Below are positions 1 to 12,330 of a DNA stretch of 64,000 bases, one piece after another (within the stretch, counting starts at the first letter, position 1; every line of letters starts with the position of its first letter). The notes below the pieces were generated by a model. That model was given only the letters and a program-made list of their open reading frames with translations. It searched no databases and had not been told where the DNA came from. The stretch comes from Calcarisporiella thermophila CBS 279.70 (lineage: Eukaryota > Fungi > Calcarisporiellomycota), in the NCBI RefSeq assembly GCF_041956535.1, contig NW_027192220.1, forward strand, positions 241,922 through 305,921. The letters run 5' to 3'. The position numbers were made by a program, and so were the translations under genes.

Positions 1-1046
1 GGTTAAAACGGGATAAGGTAAGTGGCCGTACCGTGCTTAGCCCGTACGGCGCCATGATCATAGGATCATTTAGTCATCATTTATGTGGTGATGCTTGGTT
101 CAATGGGTGTGTTCAGCCATCTTCATTAAGGCTCAATCTCCCCCCTTCAAGTACTAGTCCATTTAGGTTGTAGAGGGTGTATACCTCAATCCGTCGATTC
201 AACTCTATTTAATAAACTCAAACTTAGCATTCGGAGCCCCTGGCCTACCATGCAAAAATAGGTTTACTTTTGCAGCGAGTGCTCTATTACATTTAGTATA
301 TCACCACAAGGCGATGGAGCGACCGCTTGATTTAATGGCAAACCATAGGCCTACAGGGTTGGTTCAGGGATGAGGAGATTTCAGATTTATAAGAAAAAGG
401 AAATTAAAATTTAAAGCTGGGGGGTCGGAGTATACCGGAGGGGGGATTATTAGGCGTCGGTTGGAATGGTTTGTTTTTTCAAGCGTACAACTGCGTTCAC
501 TTCGCATCTTCGAATTCATACGGCGGTAAAATGGGCAAACCGTAGAGGTCGAGTGTTTTGAGGCGTTATTATTTTACTCTTTCTATATCCAACCGACCCT
601 TCCCCTCCTCCTCCTATTCCCCCCTCCCCCCTAACCCAAGAGGTATCCCAGGCACGCATTGATCTCTATCAAGAGAAGCGGGATACCATCGATTTCAGGG
701 ACCAGCGGGGTTTGCAGGATTTACCACGTTGGCCAAAGTCGTGTAGGCCATGAGGTTTCGTGAGTGGCTAAAAACCTAGAATACGGCTGGTTATGTAATG
801 GCCATGCATTTAGAGCGATTTTGTGCAAGCATCGTCTATTGTTTGTATTCCACTCGAAGGTCCCAATGCCTTGGCTACTAGGTGTGGCCAAAAACCACAC
901 CAAGATTGGGCTAGCCGGAATTCGAAAACCGGGTGAGCCATTCAGATATAAGGCGGTTGATCTCTCGAAGCTCTCTCTTCATATAGCAACCCTCTTGGCT
1001 CATTGGATTGTGGCTCCCCTTCCTTCACTTTCTCCCTACTCCCCCC

Positions 1047-2439
1047 ATGCGTGTTATCCCGCTTTTTCTCTTCTCTCTGGTCGTTCTATCCAACCACGCC
1101 GATGCGTGGGGTGCGGAGGGTTTGTATCCGTCGTCTTTAATCACAATGCCGTTTATAAACCCCAGGCAAACCAACCCTGGACTATTCTATAGGCCACACT
1201 GCCGTTGGCAAAGTAGCTCAAAAGTACCTCTCCTCCAAGGCGGCTTCTGCGGTTCGTGAAATTCTTCGTGAAGACGGAAAGTCGACGTTAGACGAGTGAG
1301 CTATCATTCTATTCGGCTGACTACACTGAAAGCATACTAATATAGAGTCTATAGGGTCGCAAGCTGGGCAGGTAATGGTTTACTCTGGGGGGAAGTGGGC
1401 TCCTGATCCGAACCTTTGTCCTTCAATCCCCCCTCCCTCCCCCGCTCTGCCCCCTCCTCCCCCTGCTTGGAGTCTCACCCGTTTCCTATGTCTATGTAGA
1501 TCAAGTGAAGAGAAAGCTCAAATGGAGCTCTCCTCTACACTACTATGACCCCCCCAACGACAATCCCCCGGAGGCCTGCACTTTCGGTTGGAAGTCGGGT
1601 GGATCGGATGTGGTCAATGCCATTTACAACTATACCACTCGGCTCGAGCAAACGCAGGGCGCCCAGCGCTCGGAGGCGCTCAAGTTTCTCGTTCACTTCA
1701 TGGGCGACTCTCACCAGCCGCTTCACAGTATGCTGTTTCATTACCTCATCGAAGCCGTCCCACGCCTAACCCATTTTGTCTCTCTTGGATAGTCTGCGGG
1801 AAGCTGAAAGGAGGCAACGATGCGCCTGGTAACTTGCCAGTGTCTTCTCGGCATAGCTACATTCCATCACTAATCTATCTCGGTTACGCATAGCTACCTT
1901 TGAAGGTTCCAAGACCAACCTTCATTCGGTGTGGGACAGCGGCATCATCAAGGTAGTACCGAAGCCTCTTTCATAGGTCGTCATTTAGCTTATGTTGTCT
2001 ATCATAACCATTTCTCCAGAAACTTGACCAGGAGATTGAGACATCGCTCTCCGACCACGTGCTCAACCTCATCGACACCCGCTGGAAAAATGAGGCCCAA
2101 TCGTGGCCATCTTGTTCGTCTTCCTCAACTAGATCCGCCACTCCAGCCCGCAACAAGACCGAGCGCAGAAAATCTCGCAGGCTCTCCCGACGAGACGATC
2201 ACAAGAGTTCCCAAAATTCCGATGGTGAATCGGCCAGCGAGGCTCCCTCCGTTTGCCCTGACCAGTGGTCTCGCCCCGTGGGCCAACTGAACTGCGATCT
2301 GGTATGGAAATACTACTCTGAGAATGAGGATTTGAGCGAAGAGTATTATAAGCGGGTTCGGGATGGGCTTGTGGTGGAGAATTCCATAGCGCGAGCTGGC
2401 GTGCGCCTTGCTTCTGTCATTAATTCTGTTTTGGGTTAA
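1047..2439 (+). CDS. Secreted S1/P1 family nuclease (multi-exon)
   Basis: Signal peptide followed by the mature N-terminus WGAEG|H. Motifs WAD, LHY, LKFLVHFMGDSHQPLH, GGN, NLHSVWD and C-terminal AGVRLA join across about 6 GT-AG introns, including a 17-nt microexon at 1355-1371. Confidence 0.93.
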
Positions 2440-2803
2440 TGGATGACTTTGTTTTTATTGGTATTTCTACACGCTTCATAACAAAAACTCAATAAACAGA
2501 ATCTTGTTATTATTTAAGTCGCACCTTCAAAACCAATAAAAAGATAGACAAACTTGTATTCGGCTCTGCCTCAACCTAGATCTTAGTCACCTTGTGGGCT
2601 CCCCTCTCTGCCTCGTGTACCACTTCAATCGCTTCACTGTTTTAGGTGTATGAATATATTAGAAAATAAAACTATCGTATTTGGTCGTTACAAAAAAAAA
2701 AAAAATTAGACAGACATTTTTTTCTATTTTCTCCACGATATTAAGAAAATAGGAACTGATTAAATAAGGCTTACTATATAATAACATGACGGGTTATTTG
2801 GGA

Positions 2804-2832
2804 GAAGCAGAAGCAGAAGCAGAAGCAGAAGA
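2804..2832. repeat. (GAAGCA)n microsatellite downstream of the MFS gene
   Basis: About four perfect GAAGCA units followed by GAA/GGA repeats. Confidence 0.8.
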
Positions 2833-2927
2833 AGGAGGAGAAGTCGACGAAAACAAGAAGAAGAGTAAATAAGTGTAAAAGCATAACACTAAAAATTCAA
2901 AAGGATAATCCATAGAAGACCCAACGA

Positions 2928-4893
2928 CTACAATGCAATCACGTCTTCAATTCCAACCCGCTCGACTTTTTCGGCCTCCTGGGGCTCCTCCTTCGGAATA
3001 TCCTCGGGACGAACCTCGGGGTTGATGGCAAAGGAGCCCTTGGGGATGAAGGTCGAAGCGAACATAAGCACCATAGCGACGATGGAGATGCCCACACCGA
3101 CGACATAGAAGAAACCAAGTCTGATATTTCCCTGGTTCTTGTAATAGTCGAATACCATACCCATCAAAACTACAGATGCGAAGAAGATCAGCACTTGGTC
3201 AAGGCAAAAGGTCAAAAGCGAAGTAGGCGGGTGCTTACCATTGTAGACGGTATAGACGACTAGGTAGGTGGAGTAGAGGAAGGCCATCACCGCTCCAAGA
3301 GGAGAGACAGAGTCATCCCCCACGTGGCCAGAGATCTGGGTCTGAATATAGGCGGCAAGGCTGACATCACCAGCAGCCCAACCTCCCGAGAGGAGAATCA
3401 TGAGAGGAATCGCGGCACACACGAACGTCACCGGGGAATCTACAAGGAGGGGGAGAGGAAGGGATAGGTTTGGATTAGGGTGAGGCCCAGAGCTTTTTCG
3501 GGTCTAAACAGAGATCGATCACTCACCAGTATACAGGAAGGGGAAAATCCAGAGGGTGGAAAGCATGATGGCATCGAGACGAACCCAGGGAAGAGGGGTG
3601 CGGATCTGGGCGGAGAAGAGCAAGACGGAAAGGGCACCGAGCAGCTCTCCGAAGTTGGACGATCCGAGAAGCACTCCAGAAAGGGCACCCTGGTTAAGGA
3701 CATTCTTGGCAAATGTAGGGAAGATGGTACTCTCAATGAAACGGTGCAACACTAAAGGAATGGCGTAACCAGGAATAAGCCAAATAAAGCGGCGGCTTGA
3801 GAACACGATCTTGGCACCCAGGTAGGCCGAATGGAAGTAGAGGGTGAAGAACCGGATGACGCTGAGTTTGGGTCGACTGGTCTGCTCCAGGGTGCCAATC
3901 TTATCGGCGGTGAGGCGGATCTGCCACCACAGGACACTGAAGAAGCCAAAGAAAGGAGGTTAGCATTGATCCAACCCTAGACGAGCCAAACGAAGGGGAG
4001 AGGAAGGGGGGGGGGGGGGGAGGGAGCACTTACCCAGCAATGGGCATGAGCACAGCGAGGATAGCCAGGGGATAGCCGAAGCCAATGGCCTGCATGATGG
4101 GGGTGGAGACGAAGGCCCCGATGGTTCCGGCAATTTCATACCAAATGTGCACCAGGGCATCCATCTTTCGCAGCTTCTCGGGGTTGCCGCCCATGATATC
4201 TCGAGGAATGACACGTCTCAGGAGCTCCACCACACCCAGGCAGGCCCCCATGGGCAAGTAGAAGGCGAAAAGCAGCCAAGGGGTCCAGGTTCCTAGGACA
4301 TTAGCCTGACCGCCGGTCGCCGCCTCGAGAATGACCATGATGAGGGCAAGGAGACCAAAGCCAAACATAGAGAACTAAACAACAAGAGCGTAGCAAAAGC
4401 GTTAGTCAATTGTTGGACAACAAGGTGTAGAAGCCTCAGTGAACGCAAGGGCGACGATACTTACGGCCAACAGACGGTTGGTTGGGACGTACTGGATGAT
4501 TTGGGCACCGGCAATGGAGGCGAGAATTTGGGCCAAGTTGAAACTGGCCGTCAACACCTGATTCATGGTGATAGAGATTCCCTTAGGGAATTTGGATTGG
4601 GCTTGGTTGGAGATACAGTTGTTGAGGAATTCGAACGCGAATTTGAAGAACATGATGCCTGCAGTGTAGATAATCAGGTTGCGCCGCTCCACCGTATCAA
4701 ATCTGACCGTGAGGCGGTTGGAGAATATTCTGCTGATGAAGCCTTGCTGTGCGGTCGCGGCGTCAGCGGTGGATCCATAAGCGCCCTCGACGTTCTGAGC
4801 CTTTGCACCATTCACCGCATTCCCCCCATTGCCGTAGGCCACGGCCTCTCTCTCTGCGCCATTGTCTGCTTTCTCTTGAATCTTTTCTGACAT
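2928..4893 (-). CDS. MFS-like multi-pass membrane transporter, substrate unknown (multi-exon)
   Basis: ORFs 4402-4893, 4030-4368, 3519-3806 and 2928-3431 join by GT-AG introns into a protein with about 12 hydrophobic segments. It includes RRVIPRDI..KLRKMDALVHIWYEIAGT, GELLGA and GWAAGDVSLAAYIQ. Confidence 0.8.
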
Positions 4894-7800
4894 GGTGGGT
4901 GTGAGTGTGGGGAGGGGGAGAGGGATCTAAGGATAAGGCGATGGGGAGGGGGAGAGGGAGGAAGAGACGAGGTTATAGAACCTGACACAGAGAAAGAAAG
5001 AAGACTGGCAGGGCAAGACGGCAGTTGGGCGAATTGCATTTTTATAATTTTTTGAGTTGAAAGCCTACCGGGAAGTTGCTTGTACACGTGCCCAAAGGAT
5101 TCGATATTAAGGAGTGACGGCGACCGTTTTACGTGTTTTTGTGCCAAATGCAGTCACACACATACCCATGTGCCCTGGAGAGACGACCTAAATGGCGACC
5201 ACCGCTGTAAGAGTTTGTGGTAAAATTGCGGAGGGATTGCGGCTTGTAAACGAACTTGGGGCCCAACCTATCACCGGCGCGTGCTGCCTTGCATAGCGGC
5301 TTGCTTGAGGCGGCGCGCAGGGGAAAGCCGGGCCCAGTCGCCTCCATTAACCTTGTGCAAACCCACGGCGCCAGATCGGGAGGGCCTGCGTCCCCATACG
5401 CCTAGCAGACCTTAGCCGCTCGACCGCGTCGGCTGCGCTGCAAAACCGGCGACCCACGCTGGTCGCGCCGCGATTCGGAATGCGGCCCCGCCCGGTGCTC
5501 CTCTCCAGCAATCACAAGGATGGCGGAAGCGAACCTAGAACGCTTGCGCTTGGCTGGCAATATTGCCGTGCAATCCAACTCAGCGTGGCCGCTTCCAGGT
5601 TAAGGTTTAATTTTCCCATCCAGGGAGGGGGAAGAGGGCTAAGATCCAAGGGTGATTCAATTCCGATGAAGATCTTCTCGTCGGAGTTGCGCCGCATTTT
5701 CTCGCGTGGGCAAATTGGAGCTCGGATTGCCCCCACGTTGCCGCCCAGATTGTCCCACCGTGGAGCATCCTGCCATGGAAACCCTCGCGGCCAATCCCAC
5801 GCCGCCTCAAGCAGGCGCCTAGGCGCGGGCCCACCAGCCAGTGCTCCATGCGCGCCTTATGCGGCAGTGAATGGGAGCGTGGGGGGAGGCGCAGCGTAGA
5901 AGCTTGGGCCTGCATGAGGCAAAACAAGCCCTCTCCGTTCTCCCCTCTTACGCAGCTTTTCACATGCAGAACCAATTCAAACACGGCGGGCAAAAGAGCC
6001 CCCCCCGGCCTGGTTGGCCGCGCTTGGATCTTGCGTGAGCAAACTTCTTTATTCAAGGGAACGGGCTAACCGTACAAACTCTTAACCCTAACAGGGAATC
6101 AAGGAGCTAGCCAGTGGCGCCACCCGCCATTCCAAAAGTAACTCCAAGCAGGCATCCAGTAGGGCGGTCGGGCAGCTGGCAACAGCCACCCTAGTGGTCT
6201 CGCTGCATTCCTTGACAGCTGGGAAACAAGGTCGATAGCACGGAGAATTAAGGGACGCGTGGAGTCGATGTGTCCTCGAGCGCACAAGCATAGGGCGGCG
6301 CGGGCTCGAGGCATGCGTCGAGTCTCGCAGGTGGACCGCTCGCAGTGGCCGATTCGACTACGGAGCAGAAAGCGATCGCATGGAACGCCGCTACATCGGC
6401 CTGAACCAATCCTTGTTGCCAGACGGTACAATACCAAACGGCACAAGAATTTACCCGTCCAGCTCTTGGGCTACATGATACGAAGAGGCCATGGTAAAGC
6501 CGTTCTATATAGAGATGGGCGGCCGATGAAACTCTTGTTTGCTTGCTCGATTTGGTTGTTTGAGCGATGCTCCAAGCTCCGAATTCAGCCAGGCGTGCAA
6601 CTGGAAAGAATTCTCCGGTTGGATTTGCATCTGCCAAGTCGCGGCTGACACGCCAAAGCTAGGACACAAAGCCGACGTGACGCCATTACGGCAAAGGTAA
6701 AAGAACCAAGGCATCAGCTGGGTCTTGCCAATTCCCCCAGAGTCCGCAGAGGGCCCGACGGCCCGAACTATGCGCATCGGCCTCACCCTGACCACAAGAA
6801 GCTCAGCAGACTGGAGGGTATGGGAAAGACTCAGCTGATGCTTCGATGCTACTACATTCGGCGCAACCCACACGACTTTGGGTTCTAGCGCGGGATGGGA
6901 GGCTGCCTTGCGGCACAGGACCCATTTGCTAGGTTGCTTTACATCAGGCCTCTCATGAGGATACTGTTGGCACAGAGCCATGGGTTAACCTCGGTCGGAG
7001 GCATGTCAAAGCCTTCTGCACCGCATTGGCACGATCTGTGGTTTCTCCCGGTACACTCCACCCCTTCGTGGCTTTATTGAACGTCGAGCTTTTCTAACAA
7101 GCCACCTGCCTTGACGTGTTGACACCAAGTAGTTTCCAGTCCCCTCCTCCCTCGATTTATCTAGTCAATGACGGATCTCTTCATCACTGGTAACGCTTTC
7201 CATACTTGTGCGATCATGGACACATATCTTCCACGCATCCATTATTTCGTCGAACTTCCCCACGACAACAGTCAAGTGTTGCCATCCAATTCCTGGTTGT
7301 TATCTGAAGCGGAGATATCGCGTCGCGACTCTCCCTGAGAAAGCCTCCCCCTCCTTCCCCCGATACTCCCTGCGTGAGCTGTCACTCCGAAAGAGACTCC
7401 GGAGGATGTTCGAGAATAGGCTGAAAATGCGAGTTCTCGGAAGAAGCAAGAAAACTGCTGGAAAAATAGATAAAAGTAGAAGCTAACAGAGAACGATTTC
7501 GGGCGAGTTGCATCCCTTTTATATTTTTGGCCGCTTGCGTAACTGGCAAAGCTTGGTGATGTACTAGTATTCTTCTTAGGTTTGCGCTTAAATGACTACT
7601 AATCTATAGGTCAAACAATGCTTCCTCCCCCTCTCCCTTCCCCTCCCCCCCCAAAAAAAATATGCGATGGAAAGTATTTCCTGTTTTCATTCTTGTTGAA
7701 AAGACGATAACAATAGATCTAAGTGACCTCCCTGAACAGAACGCCCCTGCAAACCTGTTTACCCTAACAAGAGGACGACGGAAAGAATTGAGTTGCTGTA

Positions 7801-9076
7801 GAGCATCGCAAAGTTCCGATATGGTTGTATTGGAGGCTAGATAATGGAGAGAAATAAGCCCCTATTTTCTTCTAGTCAGTTGACCGTGTTTCCGTATGCA
7901 TGGACCAGTATATTGGCATGCACTAGAGATAAGTCGGAATCAAACTGATAAAACCGGCTTCAACGGCACGCTCTTATAACCAACGCTGTTTAGAATGGTC
8001 GTGGGTTGCTTGATCTGCCCCCGAAATAACCACTTCATTACAAGAGGTCACAATGGATTGCCCATGAAGCGAAATAGAGGAGGACAAGCAAAAATTCAGA
8101 TACCATTCTAAAACCCCTTTATGGTTCCTTATCAGCTAAAGCTGGGATGACAGTTTTGGGGCGATGTTTATCTTGCGCTAACCTCCTTTGCTACCCTACT
8201 ACCAAGCTCTCCAAGCATCCTAACTTTAGCGGGTCGGATATCTTAAGCTTCCCATTAAGGTTTGTGGTCCATTGCGATCCCCTACCGCATCCACTCATAC
8301 TAGGTGCTCCATCCGCCAGATTTCGTCCCTATAAGCCCTAAAGATTTTTTTTTGCTATCACGGTAAGCCCCTTCGATTAATTGTTTTTTTTTGGTGCGAC
8401 AAAAAGTGGAGGGGAGGTGCGTCCGTCAAAGGCACTCAACTGACCAAGCAGGAGCCATGGCTTTCGATAGAGACTTTATATCCCTAATAATTATTTCGCC
8501 AATTTGTCGGCTATCCTGTGTTATGCATAGCTATTAAGACTTATGTATTTCTCTCTGCACATGATTGAATTGCCATGCAGAGCCGCCCAATAGTCCAATA
8601 TGAACGTATAACTTGGGACGTGGTCCCACGCTAGTACCATTGCAAAGTAGGGTCAGCAACTTGCTTGGAAACTAATTCCTCCAACCGTTAAATTTCACTG
8701 ACAGGTAGAAATTGGGCTCCGTAGATTATAGAATAAAAAACAGCTTGCAATAAGCATATTCGTAGTGAATTCGAGAATGAATCAAGCTGTAGCGCGGCGC
8801 TTGTTTTGAAATTATGCATCAGCTCCCCTATCTTATCGTTGGTATCAGAGATGCATTAATGGTGTCAAAAAGTCACTCTTTTCATACCCCTTTAAGATAG
8901 GTTAAAGAACCACCCCTACTTCTGAAACCTCGTCCCACAAACCTATAGGCTCGCTCGTGAATAAATTAAATTAACTGCGCACAGCTTCATAGGTCAATTT
9001 GGATTTCAATCAGGTGTAGAAGTGCACCTTGAGTTCCGGACTGGTTGTCACCTCTCCCTCGTTTCCATCTCGAACC

Positions 9077-10492
9077 ATGAATTGGATTCCGGATGAAGTC
9101 ATTTATGAGATCGCCTCCCATCTTGAATTTCCGGAATTGAAAACTTTCTCTTTAGTCAGCCGGCGCATCCATGCCATCGCTGTTCCGCTAATTTATCGCA
9201 ACATAATATTCGCAGATTTCTCAAACCTAGAACAGATTCTGGAAAAATACAGCGTGTATGTGCGGCGATTGTGCATTATTCCGTTCACTTCGGATTTCGT
9301 CAAGTTCGGGGACGCTCTTAAGCGCTTTTCACTGGCCTGCCCAAACTTGAAAGCATTAGAGCTGAGGACTCCGGATTTCAGGCATCCGTTTTATCTGGGA
9401 TCCACAGCCGGGAATCCCTATGCTCAGCATGTGTTCGATCTTGTACGGCTTCTAAGTAAGCGACTGGAAACATTGGAAACTCGCCTAGGCGTAGGGTTAT
9501 TTGAGGAGGGAGTATGCTTCCCAAAATTACAAGCCGCGCTCATCCACTGCAGTTGGGCAGATATCCCGCGCATTTTGGAGTCGCACCCAAATATCGAAGC
9601 AATATCCATACAACTAAGCGACAGAGACAACGGCGGCCAACAAGTGGCATTGCCGGATAAACTTCCATTTCGGAGACTCTTGGTGGACCGATATTGCCAC
9701 CACAGTGAACCCGGAGCAGTGGCACAACTGATTCGACGTTGTCCGCAGCTGGAGGAGCTCAGAATTTGCTGCTTCACTCAAGCAGTAGAGGCTATCGAGT
9801 TATTGGCGCCGCAACTAAGGGTACTAAGTGTTCCCGTAACTCGTGTGGTGTCCCATCCCCACCCCTCTCCTCCCCATTTACTTCACGCCCTTCCAAATTG
9901 GCCTCGCCTTACGTCTCTTACACTCCATGGGGACTCCTTTTCCTCCTCCATCCTGTACAAGTTTGTGAGCACTTGCTCTACCTTACGAGAGCTTAGCATG
10001 GAGTTTAGGATTGCTGAGGAGTACGAGCAGGAGAAAATATCATCTCAAGAGGGGTTCTGGGCGGCGTTATCGCATCCAAATATGCGAAGTCTCCGATCGC
10101 TCAGGATGAATTGCAGCCATGTGCCGTGCAATCTAGCTCCTCTCTCCTGTACCCGACTTCGACATCTCGAGTGGCTCTACCTGGAAGACCATCATCTCGA
10201 CGCTTTTGGAACCTTAACTCAACTTGTCCATCTCAATCTCTCGTTTTCTCGTCTGCAGTGTTTGCCTGCTGGGCTGCTTGACTTTCTAGAGCAAAATAGA
10301 GGGCTTCGCAAGTTAATCTTGCGAATGGGCAACTGGATCCGGGATTATGAGGTTGAACAGGTTGTATTGCGATGCCCACTGCTCGAATACATAGACTTAG
10401 GCTATACCATTGTGTCTGAAAATTGTGTGAATAGGCTTCGTGAGCGTAGGCCTTGGCTTCAGCTTCGGAAACTTACTCTACCCATTTTCTAA
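9077..10492 (+). CDS. F-box / leucine-rich-repeat (RNI-like) protein, intronless
   Basis: N-terminal F-box (IPDEVIYEIASHL..LKTFSLVSRR) followed by repeated CPxLxxLxL units. First ATG is at 9077 (the ORF track starts at a TTG at 9029). Confidence 0.88.
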   Translation: MNWIPDEVIYEIASHLEFPELKTFSLVSRRIHAIAVPLIYRNIIFADFSNLEQILEKYSVYVRRLCIIPFTSDFVKFGDALKRFSLACPNLKALELRTPDFRHPFYLGSTAGNPYAQHVFDLVRLLSKRLETLETRLGVGLFEEGVCFPKLQAALIHCSWADIPRILESHPNIEAISIQLSDRDNGGQQVALPDKLPFRRLLVDRYCHHSEPGAVAQLIRRCPQLEELRICCFTQAVEAIELLAPQLRVLSVPVTRVVSHPHPSPPHLLHALPNWPRLTSLTLHGDSFSSSILYKFVSTCSTLRELSMEFRIAEEYEQEKISSQEGFWAALSHPNMRSLRSLRMNCSHVPCNLAPLSCTRLRHLEWLYLEDHHLDAFGTLTQLVHLNLSFSRLQCLPAGLLDFLEQNRGLRKLILRMGNWIRDYEVEQVVLRCPLLEYIDLGYTIVSENCVNRLRERRPWLQLRKLTLPIF

Positions 10493-11108
10493 AGTATAGA
10501 TTTTTTTTTAAATCCTTTTTCTATCATCCTGTTACCATTTGCACCGTTAGAGGAACCTAGATTTCCAGATGCATGCGCGGTTGTACCATTGATATCTATT
10601 TACATAGAATGCTCTATATCCAACTGTATCTACTGTAGATTCCTTATTTGAGTTAATAGACCCTATCCTATCCATTTCTTAGGCCGCTGAAAGTGGACCT
10701 AATCAAATTCTCCTGAGGAGAAAAAATAAACCCATAACAGCACCTTTCTTCCAGTCAGATAGATCTCGAATGCCTAGCACCTCCCTTCACCACCGATGCT
10801 TGGCAGCGCGTATCCATTTTCAACCATATCGCCTTCTTTTCACTAAGACCCTTTATTTTATGATGGGCTTGAGGAGACTTTTTTATTGATATTCACAAAC
10901 AAGCCATGGGAAGCGTCTGTGTATTTATGCATCCATTGTGATCCCTGCAGGTTCGTGTAGAATGGAAAGTTGGCAACTCGTTAGTTGAATATCTATATTT
11001 TTGTTCGCACCCTTAATTCGAATCCTATTCCTTTGAAAATGGAAAAGTTCCTGGTTGATGTCCATGTGAAGGGGGTTTTAGTTGGAGAGAAAGATTTAAC
11101 TCCGTATG

Positions 11109-11165
11109 ATTTATTACAATCTCAAATGTATGTATATAATATATACATTTGAGATTGTAATAAAT
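11109..11165. repeat. Perfect 23-bp inverted repeat with 11-nt spacer
   Basis: ATTTATTACAATCTCAAATGTAT (11109-11131) and ATACATTTGAGATTGTAATAAAT (11143-11165). Confidence 0.9.
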
Positions 11166-11380
11166 TGGGTACATTGGATATATTATAACCCACGAATGAT
11201 GACGTAGCTACGTAAACTGAAATTAAGAAGATCTGATAGTAACATATGTAAGAGTCCAAATCGTAGCAACTAAGCCACATTTATCCACCAATCATTATCA
11301 ACTAAATTAAAATCCCATAATTTGAGCATATTTCCACTGAAACTGCATTATACTTAAATACTCCAATTGACATGAAGGGA

Positions 11381-11414
11381 GTTGTCAAGTCCTTCGGGAC
11401 CTCTGACACTTGAC

Positions 11415-11445
<31 letters not shown>

Positions 11446-11511
11446 GGCCCCTGCACAAGGATGACACGCTGACTCTGAGTGGATGCACACTTCGGTGTGC
11501 TTAACGTTTTT
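11381..11511 (+). ncRNA. U6 spliceosomal snRNA with extended 5' stem and extra 3' hairpin
   Basis: Invariant core AATTGGAACGATACAGAGAAGATTAGCATGGCCCCTGCACAAGGATGACAC (ACAGAGA box, AGC triad, ISL). 5' GTCC-TTCG-GGAC hairpin, T5 terminator at 11507-11511, TATA-like TACTTAAATA at 11351-11360. The 5' end (11381 or 11389) is uncertain. Confidence 0.93.
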
Positions 11512-12330
11512 GTCCCCATAGTAAACTTGTCCCTGGTTTGAAGGTCAGCAAGTTGTAGTGGAATTTTATACAACAATAGTCGAAACACATTAGAGCTCGG
11601 ATTGACATTATTTAATATCTTTTTGATTCTTGACGAACAGCTTAGGTTTCTTTACTTACGGAAGCTTACAGTCTTCCTATCGCCAAATAATATAAAGTAT
11701 GCAAAGATTTTATGTACATTTCTGATACGGTTGGTGTAAGTTTATTATCTTGATAATTTTTCCAAAAAAATAACTGTGAGATAGATAGACAGAACAAATA
11801 AGCACCTTGTTGTGTTTGTCAAGGTGTCACTATGTCCGATATAATATATCGGGGATTTAGAAATTATTTCTAAATTCAGTATGTCTGCTAAAGCTTGGAA
11901 TCTCCCATATGCTATTGTATCCTTCGTAGCTAAGCGTCAATGCAAATCGATTCTTTAAAATGGTTACCTCTTTCCATCAGAGCAAAGCAAAGATTATCTT
12001 AAGAGATATCTGGTATGGTTTGAACGATGCATTCGCTCTCGAAGCTTCTGGAAGCGCCCTTAGCGTGGATGCCCTAATCATACTTATTCTTCAGTCTTAT
12101 TTTGTGGGTATCATTGACTTTATTTGAGAGGGGAGAGGGAAATTATTAATTTTGGAATCCCGAATTTATTCTATTATAATAATGTCGAAAAGACAAGGAA
12201 TTTACGAATTACAAGGAAGCGCAAGTTATAATTTTTCTCCCGATTCAATTGTCCCTACCAATAATTTGATTAGAAGATGGATATGTGGTACCTCTTGCCG
12301 CAGTTCCTAGGCATTAGCCTCTTAGCCCTC

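Noticed and set aside
5129-7080. Many 60-160 aa ORFs on both strands
   Set aside because: Arg/Pro/Ala-rich translations typical of GC-rich non-coding DNA, with no motifs and mostly non-ATG starts.
7070-7525. Minus-strand TATA..AATAAA interval with 43-aa and 23-aa (4 Cys) ORFs
   Set aside because: Too short, with no recognisable family or splice support.
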